A stretch of DNA of 64,000 bases from Planctomycetota bacterium (GTDB lineage Bacteria; Planctomycetota; GCA-002687715; CAIWVZ01), in NCBI GenBank assembly GCA_044222185.1, contig JBGANV010000001.1, positions 1,184,001 to 1,248,000 of the forward strand, written 5' to 3'. Both the position numbers and the translations under genes were made by a program. The notes under the pieces were generated by a model, which searched no databases, was not told where the DNA came from, and saw only the letters and a program-made list of their open reading frames with translations. Within the stretch, counting starts at the first letter, position 1. The number at the start of each line of letters is the position of its first letter. Positions 19,839 through 29,333 of the stretch are shown one piece after another.

Positions 19839-20506
19839 GCTGCCGGCTCCAACGTCACGACGCGCTCGAATGCACGCTTCACGCGTTCGTCGTGAGTCAC
19901 GACGATCAACGACGCGCCGTTCTGGCCGGCGACTTCGCGCAGGATGTCCATCGCCGACTGTGCGTTGCGGGGATCGAGACTCGCGGTCGGCTCGTCCGCG
20001 AGAAGAAGCCTCGGGCGGCACGCGATCGCGCGCGCGAGGGCCACGCGCTGTTGTTCGCCGACGGAGAGATTCGCCGGCCTGCGGTGCGTCTTGGCACCCA
20101 GTCCGATGCGTTCGAGAAGCTCGCGGGCGCGCGCCCGGGCATCGCGTACGGACGCCGTCCCGGCCAGCGTCAACGGCAGAGCCACGTTCTCCAACGCCGA
20201 GTAGGGCTGGAGCAGGTTGAACACCTGAAAGAGGTACCCGATGTTGCGCGCCCGGAATCGATCCCGCCCGGATTCACTCATCGTGCCTAAATCGGTTCCG
20301 CAGACCTTCACGTCCCCCGAATCCGGGACGACGATCCCTGCGATCACGTTGAGTAGGGTCGTCTTCCCCGTTCCCGAACCACCGACGACGCACACGTGTT
20401 CACCCTCGGAGACCGACAGCGAGTCGACGCGCAGCGCCGTGGCACTCACACCGTCCGTCGACGGATAGGTCTTCCGAACGTTCGCGAGTTCGACGGTCAA
20501 TGCCAT
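19835..20506 (-). CDS. ABC transporter ATP-binding protein (LolD/ZrgB-like)
   Basis: GGSGTGKT, LSVGEQQRVALARA, LLADEPT, VTHD. Confidence 0.95.
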   Translation of the reverse strand: MALTVELANVRKTYPSTDGVSATALRVDSLSVSEGEHVCVVGGSGTGKTTLLNVIAGIVVPDSGDVKVCGTDLGTMSESGRDRFRARNIGYLFQVFNLLQPYSALENVALPLTLAGTASVRDARARARELLERIGLGAKTHRRPANLSVGEQQRVALARAIACRPRLLLADEPTASLDPRNAQSAMDILREVAGQNGASLIVVTHDERVKRAFERVVTLEPAA

Positions 20507-20512
20507 GGAGCG

Positions 20513-21535
20513 TCAGACGACGTCGAAGTCGCCCAAGGTGATGAACCAGTTCTTCGCCAGCCGGTCGAGCGGAACGACGGCCGCATCGTAGGTTCTTCCG
20601 ACGAAACGGAACGGTGTGGGTCGCGGATCATATCCGACCTCGGCGCAGTGCATCCATTCGTCCGATCCCGGACGGAAGACGAACCGCACCTCGTCTGCAC
20701 CCTTGGAACGGCCGAGATGGGGAACGACCTCCGGAATCATCTTCGTCAGGGGGTGTCGGCGGTCGACCACCCATTCGACGACCACAGTCACCTGCCTGCC
20801 CAGCTCCTGTGGGAGCCACTGATCCTTCAAGACGAAGATCCCCACGAGAGCGCCGAGGCCATCCCTGAGAGCGAACTTCCGATACGTGGTCTTCGGCTTT
20901 CGCAGGTACCGCCAGGTCAGGTACCGGCGGTCACGGATCACGGCGATGTCGTACTCGGCAGAAACCCGCCGCCAGAGCGCATCGGTGTCGTCGGGAAACT
21001 CGTCGATCTCGTCGAGCCTTCCCCCATCCAACGGGCGGACGGACGGCAGCGCGGCGTCGCCGCCCACGTCCTTCCCGAGCGACTCCATCTGATAGAAGGG
21101 CGAGTAGCCGAGAAGGCGGCTGCCGATGCGGAACGCCGGCGGATTCGGAAGCCCGTACATCACCGTCTCGCGATCGGGGCGGCCGAAATGATCGACGTAC
21201 CGATAGACGGTCGTGGCGAAGAGCCCCGGCTTCTTGAGACCCTGTCGAAAGTCCGGGTCACTGAGCGAGTCCACGATCTCGGCGAACTCCCGTGTCTCGT
21301 TCCCGACCTTCATCAGGCGCGGAATCCCCGTGAACTGGGAGACGACCTGCCCGTTCCCGAGGACACCGAGGAAGCAGTGGATGCCGCGCGGGCAGTCGCG
21401 GAATTCCCAGTTCCATTCCTCGAGCGAGCGGTTGGCCCAGGGAAACACCTTGTGGAATGCGCGGAGGATCTCCGTCTCGTCGCCGGGGCGGTACTCGCGG
21501 ATTTCCACGTCGGTCGGCGGAAGTTCGTCAGACAT
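20513..21535 (-). CDS. GNAT family N-acyltransferase (tandem fold)
   Basis: IREYRPGDE, W.WEF, PDFRQGL, YGLPN, RDRRYLTWRY, terminal GDFD motifs. Confidence 0.8.
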   Translation of the reverse strand: MSDELPPTDVEIREYRPGDETEILRAFHKVFPWANRSLEEWNWEFRDCPRGIHCFLGVLGNGQVVSQFTGIPRLMKVGNETREFAEIVDSLSDPDFRQGLKKPGLFATTVYRYVDHFGRPDRETVMYGLPNPPAFRIGSRLLGYSPFYQMESLGKDVGGDAALPSVRPLDGGRLDEIDEFPDDTDALWRRVSAEYDIAVIRDRRYLTWRYLRKPKTTYRKFALRDGLGALVGIFVLKDQWLPQELGRQVTVVVEWVVDRRHPLTKMIPEVVPHLGRSKGADEVRFVFRPGSDEWMHCAEVGYDPRPTPFRFVGRTYDAAVVPLDRLAKNWFITLGDFDVV

Positions 21536-21547
21536 CGAAGCCTCGAA

Positions 21548-22681
21548 TCAGGCGGGAGCCCCCTTCGTCACGCACCATGCATCGACCGTGTCGAACGTTC
21601 GGGGATCTACGGTACGCATCCAATACCGGTTCGGGCCGAGCTGATCGAAGAAGCTCCGCGGAATCGGGTAGGGGCCCGGGCTGCTTGGGAAGAGCCCGAC
21701 CGCCAGCGTGAACTGCGGATTTCCGGCGACCTCCACGTAGGCGCCTTCGCAGGGCGGCACGCGCAGGACGGGAGGTTCGAGCGTGGGCCCCACGTCCGTC
21801 ATGGGCCAGGGCGAGAGGTGGTCCCGCTTCATGGCGTCCGCCCTCGATCTCGCGACCTCCTGCACGCGAAGTCCCGGAGCCCCGAACCAGCGGGTGAAGT
21901 AACGCTTCAGGGAAACGTCGTGCCGATACATCGCGGCCTTCATCCGGGTGATCGCCGAGCGTGAAAAGAAGTGCGCCACGCGCGCGTCCGGCACGTGGAT
22001 CAGCCGCATCCCCCGCTCGCGGAAGCGGCGGAAGAGGTCCGTGTCCTCGTAGTAGAGCGGGTAGGCACCGTCGAAGAGGCCGAGGTCCAGGAAGTCGCTC
22101 CTCCGGCCCAGGAAACAACCGCCAGAGAGCATTTCCACGTCCACAGGGCGAGTCGCCGTCCAATAGCGATGAGCGAACGCCGCACGCCGTCGCGCGTTGA
22201 ACGTCGCCGCTCCCGCGGACATCCGTGCCAGTTGCTGCAGCGTTTCGCGGTAGGGATCGGGCAACTCGTTCGGCGGAAGCAGGACGAGCCCCTCCTCGTC
22301 CATCGTGGCGAGGGGTCCGACGATCCCGGCGCCGGGTGTGGACTCGAGGACTTCGATCAGGCGGGACACGCATCCGGGAATGATCCGCACGTCGGGGTTG
22401 ACCACGAGGTGCCATCGGCCGGAGCACACGCGGAACCCCTGGTTGTTCGCCAGTGCGTACCCCACGTTCTCCGTGTTGCGTACGAGGTCGACGTTGGCCG
22501 ACACGAGCGGCAGGAGCTGCGTCACGTCCTCTCCCCGCGATGCATTGTCCACGACGACGACCTCGATCGTCCCCGGGCGGCCATCGACCATGAAGCGTTC
22601 CGCGAGCAGGCTCTCGACGGCCCCGAGCGTGAAGTGCGCGCTCTGGAAATTCACGATCACCGCGGAGACGTCGGGTTTCAC
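21548..22681 (-). CDS. Glycosyltransferase family 2
   Basis: GTG 22681 overlapping the upstream stop; VIVNF, VVDNAS, VNPD, LYYEDTD motifs. Confidence 0.9.
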   Translation of the reverse strand: MKPDVSAVIVNFQSAHFTLGAVESLLAERFMVDGRPGTIEVVVVDNASRGEDVTQLLPLVSANVDLVRNTENVGYALANNQGFRVCSGRWHLVVNPDVRIIPGCVSRLIEVLESTPGAGIVGPLATMDEEGLVLLPPNELPDPYRETLQQLARMSAGAATFNARRRAAFAHRYWTATRPVDVEMLSGGCFLGRRSDFLDLGLFDGAYPLYYEDTDLFRRFRERGMRLIHVPDARVAHFFSRSAITRMKAAMYRHDVSLKRYFTRWFGAPGLRVQEVARSRADAMKRDHLSPWPMTDVGPTLEPPVLRVPPCEGAYVEVAGNPQFTLAVGLFPSSPGPYPIPRSFFDQLGPNRYWMRTVDPRTFDTVDAWCVTKGAPA

Positions 22682-24378
22682 TTCGAGCCCTCGGCGGGCG
22701 GCCGGCCACGCTGAAGGGCCAGGAGCTGTTCGAACAGCCGCGCCTCGCGAGCATAGGCTCCGACGAGTTCGCGATAGAGCTCGAGCGGGGCGAGCCGCAT
22801 CTCCGCCTGCGCACCCGTGATCACGCTCCGCCCGCTCGGTGGCGCATGCGGCGAGTCGACGGTGACGACGGGCACGTGCACCACACGCTGCGTGGCGACG
22901 AGACGGGTCAGCCACCGTTTGATGGGCTCGTCCGTGTTCGGCTCCGGTGCGCCCATGCGCAGGAGAGTCGCGGAGTGAAAGAGCATCGTCGAGAGCGAGA
23001 ACGCGGAGCTGACGGGGTTTCCCGGAACGAGGTCGGGGCCGACCACCCCCGAGCCGTCCAGCAGCATCCGGTCGCCGTGGACCGCGTCGGCCCCGGAGGC
23101 CAGGAGCGACGCGACGAGACGGTCGACGTGGTGGCACTCGAGCCGGTCGCCGGCGACGACTGCGCCGATGACGTTCCCTCGGCAGTTCACGAATCCCGTT
23201 GCGAGCATGTCGACCGGGGAAGTCCCGTGCGGGGCTCGCAGGATCACGAGGCGCTCGATCTGCCGCAGGTCCCCCAAGGCCCACTCGAGAGCGGCGTCAT
23301 CGAGCGTCGAGACGACGACGACGTGAACGTCCGGATAATCCTGCGTGAGTGCCGACTCCACGGTCGTCCGCAGCCCCTCGATGCCCTGCGCGACGACCGC
23401 GAGAGACACGCGTGGTCGATCCGACCGCTCGTCGATCGGTCCCAGGTCTGCCGGCAACTGCCCTGGCACCGGGAACTGGCGCACGTCGACCGGTTCGCCG
23501 CGCATGGCCCGATCCACGAGCCGTCGCAGCGCCGTCGCGGCCCGATCCTTCAGGTCGCCGAGCGTCGCGAGCGCATCGTCGAACTGGAGCAATCGCGCCT
23601 GGTAGACGGCGAGGAGGACGCGAGGTTCAGGCCGATCGGGCATGAAACGAACGGCAAGATGCGCATCCGGGTAGGCGAACGTCAGCTCGGCCCCGCGCAT
23701 GAGGCAATTCCGGGCGAACGAGTAGTGACTTCGCGCCGCGTGCGCCGGGTCGTCGTAGTCGAACACGGGACCCGCCACGGGCTCGACCCGAACGGATAGC
23801 CCGTCGGAGAAGAGCACCTGGTGATTCTGGACGTTCCGGAACGTGGCGTCTGCGCGAAGGCGGAGATCCGCGTCTTGGAACAACGCTCCGTAGAAGAGAT
23901 TGTCGAACGGATGCTCGATGAACCGCCTGCGGTGGAACACGAGCGTGTCACCCTCCCGATCGACGATCCAGCGGTGCGTCGGGTTGCCATTCAACATCTC
24001 GCCGACGCGCGAAGGAACCTCGACGAGCCCGCGCCGGGCTACGCGCGAAAGTTCCGCCGCCGCCGCCAGCGGGTCCGGCACGTGCTCGAGGACCTGCCGG
24101 CAGACGACGAAGTCGAATTCCTTGTCGCGGAACGGCAGCCTGTCGATCGGCGCCTCGCAGTAGGTGACCCCGCGCTGAAAGACCCCGGGCGATCCGTTTC
24201 GCTGCGATGTTTCGCCGAACGTCAGGTCGCACACGACGTCGGCCCGCGGGAACGTGTTCGAAGCTCCACCTACGTCGAGGACCCGGTCGCCGTCGCGGAT
24301 TCCGAGGGCGCGGGTCATGGCCGAGATGTCGTCGAAGGCCAGATTGGGGCCGAAGCCGTTCTCCGGCCACGCGCTCAC
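22678..24378 (-). CDS. Class I SAM methyltransferase fused to a helical linker and a degenerate GT2 domain
   Basis: VLDVGG, LPFRDKEFDFV, VLEHVPDP; C-terminal ESALTQDYP..VVAGD..HHVDRLV; GTG 24378 coupled to wzt. Confidence 0.85.
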   Translation of the reverse strand: MSAWPENGFGPNLAFDDISAMTRALGIRDGDRVLDVGGASNTFPRADVVCDLTFGETSQRNGSPGVFQRGVTYCEAPIDRLPFRDKEFDFVVCRQVLEHVPDPLAAAAELSRVARRGLVEVPSRVGEMLNGNPTHRWIVDREGDTLVFHRRRFIEHPFDNLFYGALFQDADLRLRADATFRNVQNHQVLFSDGLSVRVEPVAGPVFDYDDPAHAARSHYSFARNCLMRGAELTFAYPDAHLAVRFMPDRPEPRVLLAVYQARLLQFDDALATLGDLKDRAATALRRLVDRAMRGEPVDVRQFPVPGQLPADLGPIDERSDRPRVSLAVVAQGIEGLRTTVESALTQDYPDVHVVVVSTLDDAALEWALGDLRQIERLVILRAPHGTSPVDMLATGFVNCRGNVIGAVVAGDRLECHHVDRLVASLLASGADAVHGDRMLLDGSGVVGPDLVPGNPVSSAFSLSTMLFHSATLLRMGAPEPNTDEPIKRWLTRLVATQRVVHVPVVTVDSPHAPPSGRSVITGAQAEMRLAPLELYRELVGAYAREARLFEQLLALQRGRPPAEGSK

Positions 24379-25580
24379 GGCTCCCGCCCCACCATCCGCC
24401 AGGTGACGGGCGGCTGGTAAACACCCTTCTCGATCCCCGGAAAGGCCACCTTGAAGCGTGCCCACGACAGCCGCTGATCGATGATGTGCTCGCAGGTGTC
24501 GTCGAGCATGAACCCGGAGACGAAGTACTCCCCGGCAAGCATTCCCACGGGCACCGTGGCGACGACCGATCCTCCCTTGCCCGACAGCAACGGCAACGCG
24601 TCGAACGTCCGCGCGCCGAAGAGCATCACGTCGTCGTTCCGGTAGACGATGAAGCCGACGTGCCAACCACCCGTCTGTTTGGGGTCGTGCCAGTCGATCG
24701 TGATTTCCATGACGTCGCCGTGATCGAACTGCGTCCGGGGCGTTGGGTCACCTTTTCTGGTGAGCCGCACGTCTCCCAGGTGCGGAAGGTCCTTCAGTGA
24801 ACCATGACCCGTGACCTTCTCCGCCAGCGCGGCCTGCCCGCCCGACAACGCGTACTGGAAGTTCACGTACTCGTCGGACACTTCCGTGGGGTTTCCGTAC
24901 ATGACGGGCGCGCCCTCGTGGATCCAGATGGCGCGATCGCACATCTGACGCACGTGGTACAGCGAGTGGGAGACGAAGAGGATCGTCGTCCCGCGCTCAC
25001 GGATCTCGCGAATCCGATCCATGCACTTCTTCTGGAAGTACTGGTCCCCGACGGCGAGGATCTCGTCCAGGATGAGGATGTCCGGCTTGGACATCATCGC
25101 GACCGTGAAGCCCAGACGCATGGCCATGCCGGACGAGTAGGTCCGCACTGGCCGCATGAGGTAGTCGCCCAGCTCGGCGAACTCCGAGAGTTCGTCGTAC
25201 CGCTTCTTCACCTCGGATTTGGGAACGCCGAGCATGGCGGCGTTCATGTAGATGTTGTCCTTGCCGTTGAAGTCCGGATGGAAGCCCGCGCCCAGTTCGA
25301 GGAGCGACCCGAGGCGGCCGTTGATCGAGAAGGTGCCGGTCGTCGGCGGCGTCGTCCCGGTCAGGATCTTCAAGAGCGTGCTCTTCCCCGCACCGTTGCC
25401 GCCGATGACGCCAAGCGCCGAGCCGCGCGGCAGGTCGAAGCTGATCCCGCGAAGCGCCCATTTCTCCTGGTGCCGGCGAACGCGCCCGCCCGTGATCCAC
25501 TCGACGACGCGGGAGCCGCTGTCCGGGTAGAGCCGGTAGCACTTGCCGAGGTTGTGGACGGAGACGGCGAACTCGGTCAT
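24375..25580 (-). CDS. wzt: Polysaccharide ABC exporter ATPase with C-terminal Wzt_C domain
   Basis: GGNGAGKSTL, LLELGAGFHP, YSSGM, LDEILAVGD, VSH; about 150-aa beta-rich C-terminal extension. Confidence 0.95.
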   Translation of the reverse strand: MTEFAVSVHNLGKCYRLYPDSGSRVVEWITGGRVRRHQEKWALRGISFDLPRGSALGVIGGNGAGKSTLLKILTGTTPPTTGTFSINGRLGSLLELGAGFHPDFNGKDNIYMNAAMLGVPKSEVKKRYDELSEFAELGDYLMRPVRTYSSGMAMRLGFTVAMMSKPDILILDEILAVGDQYFQKKCMDRIREIRERGTTILFVSHSLYHVRQMCDRAIWIHEGAPVMYGNPTEVSDEYVNFQYALSGGQAALAEKVTGHGSLKDLPHLGDVRLTRKGDPTPRTQFDHGDVMEITIDWHDPKQTGGWHVGFIVYRNDDVMLFGARTFDALPLLSGKGGSVVATVPVGMLAGEYFVSGFMLDDTCEHIIDQRLSWARFKVAFPGIEKGVYQPPVTWRMVGREP

Positions 25581-25587
25581 CGCGGGC

Positions 25588-26466
25588 TCACAGCTCGTCC
25601 GCGAAGCGGGACTTGACGCGGGAGAAGAGACGGAATCCGAGGAACGACACGACCAGTGCGAGCGCGCCGAAGATCAGGAACGAATTCCACGGGAAGTCGG
25701 CCAGGCTCGTCGGCTGGAAGATGAAGATTGCGCGGTACATCCGAAGCAGGTGGAACGTTGGATTGACGTCCATGATCGCCTGGTACTTGGCCGCGTCCGG
25801 CGGCAGCCCGAAGTAGAAGATCGGCGTGAAGAAGAACCACACCGTCATGGCGATCGGCACGATCTGCATGAGATCGCGAACGAAGACGGTCACTGAACTG
25901 ATCAGGTACGACACGCCAAGCATGAAGAGCGCCTGGAGCGCGAGGACCGCTGGGAACACGAGGAGAAGCGACGGCGAGGGCAGCAGTCCGACCGCGAGGA
26001 ACGAGGCCCCGAGGAACACCGCGTATCCGATCACGATGTTGATCAGGTTGTAGCCAACCAGATACACGGGAAGCAGTTCGGACGGGAACGCGACCTTCTT
26101 GATCATGTTCCCGTTCTCCAGGATCGTGCTCGTCGACCTGACGATCGACTCCTGGAGGGACGTCCACGGGATCAGCCCGGCGAACATTGCGAGGGCCGAC
26201 ATGGGGCCGAGGCGGGCGGGATCGTCGATGAGCGCTCGAACGGCCGGTCGCAGGGCCGCGCGGGTGTCGGCGGGGATGTCCGCCATGAGCTTGAACTTCA
26301 AGATCTCGACGAACACGGTGTAGTAGACGGCCAGGAAAACGACCGGCTGGAGCACCATCCACAAGCCGCCGAGGATCGACCCCCGATAGCGCGCCCGCAG
26401 CTCCCGCCCGATGAAGGCCGACACCAGTTCGCGGAAACGGAGGCAGGTGCGGACGAGGGTGATCAC
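25588..26466 (-). CDS. wzm: Polysaccharide ABC exporter permease
   Basis: RELRARYRGSILG.LW..L.P, IKKVAFP, RDL, TPIFY, RFADEL. Confidence 0.95.
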   Translation of the reverse strand: MITLVRTCLRFRELVSAFIGRELRARYRGSILGGLWMVLQPVVFLAVYYTVFVEILKFKLMADIPADTRAALRPAVRALIDDPARLGPMSALAMFAGLIPWTSLQESIVRSTSTILENGNMIKKVAFPSELLPVYLVGYNLINIVIGYAVFLGASFLAVGLLPSPSLLLVFPAVLALQALFMLGVSYLISSVTVFVRDLMQIVPIAMTVWFFFTPIFYFGLPPDAAKYQAIMDVNPTFHLLRMYRAIFIFQPTSLADFPWNSFLIFGALALVVSFLGFRLFSRVKSRFADEL

Positions 26467-26756
26467 GTGGAGGAGGGCGTCGGCCTATGTTCGGGCTTCG
26501 AGTGGAGTGGAAACGCCGCGAAGACTACGCCGCGCATTCCGGCCGATCAAGCAACCGGACTGCGTCTCCACGTCACCTAAACTCTCGGCGCTCATCGGGA
26601 TATGCGGGTGCTCGCGGCGGCCCGCGCGGTTTGACCGGGCAATTTCACCGTGATAGCCTCCCGCGCAATTTCCCGCGCTCCGCAAGCGCACGCAGCAACG
26701 CCAGCGCGCCGCGATCCTCCCCGATCCAAGGACTCGAAAACAAACCTCCATACCTC

Positions 26757-26930
26757 ATGAAGTGTCCGGTCTGTGGCACCGAGGCCGTCGAAGGCGGAAC
26801 GTGTTTCTATTGTGAAGCACGGAAGTCCCGCAAGAAGCTCAAGGCGGTCGATCCGAAGGTCGAACCTCCGGAGAGCCCGCGCACCACGACGCCGGACGAC
26901 AAAGAGAGATCCACGAGCCAGAATTCATGA
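26757..26930 (+). CDS. Small zinc-ribbon-like protein (57 aa)
   Basis: MKCPVCG..TCFYCE (two CxxC), basic then low-complexity tail; stop overlaps next ATG (ATGA). Confidence 0.6.
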   Translation: MKCPVCGTEAVEGGTCFYCEARKSRKKLKAVDPKVEPPESPRTTTPDDKERSTSQNS

Positions 26931-28354
26931 CATCCGCCGGAAAGCACGTTCTCGTTCTCGGCGGAGGTCTGGCCGGACTCTCGGCTGCTCACAAACTCGC
27001 CAAGAACGGATGGCGAGTCGACGTCGTCGAGGCGGACGACGAGGTGGGAGGACTCGCCAGCAGCTGGACGATCGACACCCAATGGGGCGAGTTCGACTAC
27101 GACACGGGCCCGCACCGGTTCCACACCGGTGAGAAGAACCTGAAGGACGAGGTGCTCGCGCTCCTCGGCGACAACAAGGTGGAGGCGAACCGCCTCTCGC
27201 GGATCTTTCTCTACGGCCGTTTCTTCAACTACCCGCTGAATGGGTCGAACGTCGTCGCGAGCCTTCCCAAGCTCGTCCTCGTGAAGTCGTTCCTCGACTA
27301 CCTGTGGGTGAAGATCCGGAACATCTTCAATCGGCCGCCCGACGACAACTTCGAGAACTGGGTGATCAACCGGTTCGGTCGCAAGCTGTACGAGATCTTC
27401 TTCGGTGTCTACACGGAGAAGACCTGGGGCATCCCATGCACTCAGATCAGCGCGGACTGGGCTGCGCAACGCATCTCGCTCCTCTCGCTCTGGGACACGG
27501 TGAAGAAGACGCTCTTCCGCCCGTCGGATGGCGACACTCCCCGCACGCTCGTGTCCAAGTTCTTCTACCCGCGACGCGGAGGAATCGGCGTCCTGTGCCG
27601 CCGCTACCGCGAAGAGCTGGAGAAGATGGGGAATACGGTCCGCACGAAGACGCGCGTGACGCAGGTCCGCGTCCAGAACGGCAAGGTCGTCGGGGTCGAC
27701 GTCGAGACGCCGACCGGCAAGCAATTCCTCGAGGCTACGACGGTCCTCTCGACGATCCCCGTCACGAACCTGGCGACGTCGATCACGCCGAAAGCGCCGG
27801 ACGACGTCCTGGCAGCGAGCGCCGCCATGCGCCACCGCAGCATGGTGTTCGTCTACCTCATTCTCGACCGCCCGAAGCTCACGGACGATCACTGGATCTA
27901 TCTCCCCGAGGACAAGATCACCGTCCACCGACTTTCCGAGTTCAAGAACTTCTCGCCCTACTCGGCACCGGCGGACAAGACGCTCATCTGCGCCGAGATC
28001 ACCTGCGACTTCGGCGACGAGATCTGGAGGGAGTCGGACGAGAACCTGCGCAAGATCTGCGTCGAGGACCTGGTGACGATCGGATTGATCAAGCGCGACG
28101 AAGTTCTCCACACGTTCTCGAAGCGAGCGCGCTACGCCTACCCCCTCTATGACCTGAGCTACCGCCCGAACAAGGACAAGGTCCTGGGCTTCATCGATTC
28201 GATCCAGGGCCTCGACACGACCGGTCGCCAGGGGTTGTTCAAGTACAACAACATGGACCACAGCATCGGCATGGGCCTCACGGCGGCCGACAACCTGATG
28301 GGCCGCGGTGAATCGCACCGGCGCATCGCCGACGAGCAGCAGTACTTCGGGTGA
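26927..28354 (+). CDS. FAD-dependent oxidoreductase, UDP-galactopyranose mutase/protoporphyrinogen oxidase-like
   Basis: GGGLAGL, VGGL, DTGPHRF, YTEKTWG, SADWAAQRI, YAYP, GRQGLFKYNNMDHS. Confidence 0.88.
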   Translation: MTSAGKHVLVLGGGLAGLSAAHKLAKNGWRVDVVEADDEVGGLASSWTIDTQWGEFDYDTGPHRFHTGEKNLKDEVLALLGDNKVEANRLSRIFLYGRFFNYPLNGSNVVASLPKLVLVKSFLDYLWVKIRNIFNRPPDDNFENWVINRFGRKLYEIFFGVYTEKTWGIPCTQISADWAAQRISLLSLWDTVKKTLFRPSDGDTPRTLVSKFFYPRRGGIGVLCRRYREELEKMGNTVRTKTRVTQVRVQNGKVVGVDVETPTGKQFLEATTVLSTIPVTNLATSITPKAPDDVLAASAAMRHRSMVFVYLILDRPKLTDDHWIYLPEDKITVHRLSEFKNFSPYSAPADKTLICAEITCDFGDEIWRESDENLRKICVEDLVTIGLIKRDEVLHTFSKRARYAYPLYDLSYRPNKDKVLGFIDSIQGLDTTGRQGLFKYNNMDHSIGMGLTAADNLMGRGESHRRIADEQQYFG

Positions 28355-28415
28355 TGCTCATGGACCGCACGACGTCCCGAGCCTGGTTCCCGCGCATGAC
28401 CGGGACTTGCCGGTC

Positions 28416-29333
28416 ATGACCTCCACCCAGGAGCTCGTGAAGCGCCGCGACCTGCCCGTGGAAACGGTGGCCTGCTACCTCTGCGGCGCCACGTCCGGGA
28501 CGACGCTCGTCGACGATCCGCCATTCAGGGTGATTCTCTGCGATCGGTGCGAGCTCGGATACACGAGCCCGCGCATCCGGGCCGATCGGATCCAGGACAT
28601 CTACAACCTGGGCTACTTCAGCTCGGAGAGCGCCACCGACTTCGGCTACGCCAGCTACGCCGACGATCGTGAAGGCTTCGAGCGCACGTTCGACCTGAAG
28701 GCCCGGATCGTGCAACGGCACCTGCCCGAGGGCCGCGTCCTGGAGGTGGGCTGCGCCGCCGGGTTCTTCCTCGACGCGCTGCGCAAACGCGGCTTCGAGG
28801 TCCACGGGCTCGAGGTCTCCGAGTCGATCCTCACGCACGCACGCGACGTCCTGAAACTGCCGAACCTGTTCCTCGGAACTCTCGCGAACTACCCGGGGCC
28901 GCCAGGTTCGTTCGACGGCGTGCTGATGTGGGACGTCATCGAGCACATGACCGATCCGATCCTCGAGCTGCGACGCGTCCGCGCGTTGCTCAAACCGAGG
29001 GGGCTCGTGTTCCTGCAGACACAGGACCTGTCGAGCCTGACGCGCAAGGTCCTCGGCTCGCGTTGGACGCACTTCAAGCAGCTCGAACACATCTACCACT
29101 TCTCCCCGAAGACGATCCGCGTCCTCCTCGACCGGGCCGGCTTCGAGGTGCTGGAGATCCGGAAGCGCGGTGCCGGGAAGCACCTGTCCTTCCGTTTCAT
29201 CGTCGAGCGAACGAAACGCTTCGGGTTCGTGCCGCACCTGCTCGCATCGCCGCTCAGGCTCTTTCCGCACGGGTACCTCTACGTGAATCCGTGGGACGAG
29301 CTGATCGTCACCGCGCGCTCGAAAGACACCTGA
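28416..29333 (+). CDS. Class I SAM methyltransferase with N-terminal Zn-binding CxxC pairs
   Basis: CYLCG..CDRCEL, VLEVGCAAGFF, WDVIEH.TDP; start ATG 28416 is approximate. Confidence 0.88.
   Translation: MTSTQELVKRRDLPVETVACYLCGATSGTTLVDDPPFRVILCDRCELGYTSPRIRADRIQDIYNLGYFSSESATDFGYASYADDREGFERTFDLKARIVQRHLPEGRVLEVGCAAGFFLDALRKRGFEVHGLEVSESILTHARDVLKLPNLFLGTLANYPGPPGSFDGVLMWDVIEHMTDPILELRRVRALLKPRGLVFLQTQDLSSLTRKVLGSRWTHFKQLEHIYHFSPKTIRVLLDRAGFEVLEIRKRGAGKHLSFRFIVERTKRFGFVPHLLASPLRLFPHGYLYVNPWDELIVTARSKDT

Noticed and set aside
26467-26756. JUMPstart/ops element ahead of wzm
   Set aside because: No GGCGGTAG ops core on either strand seen
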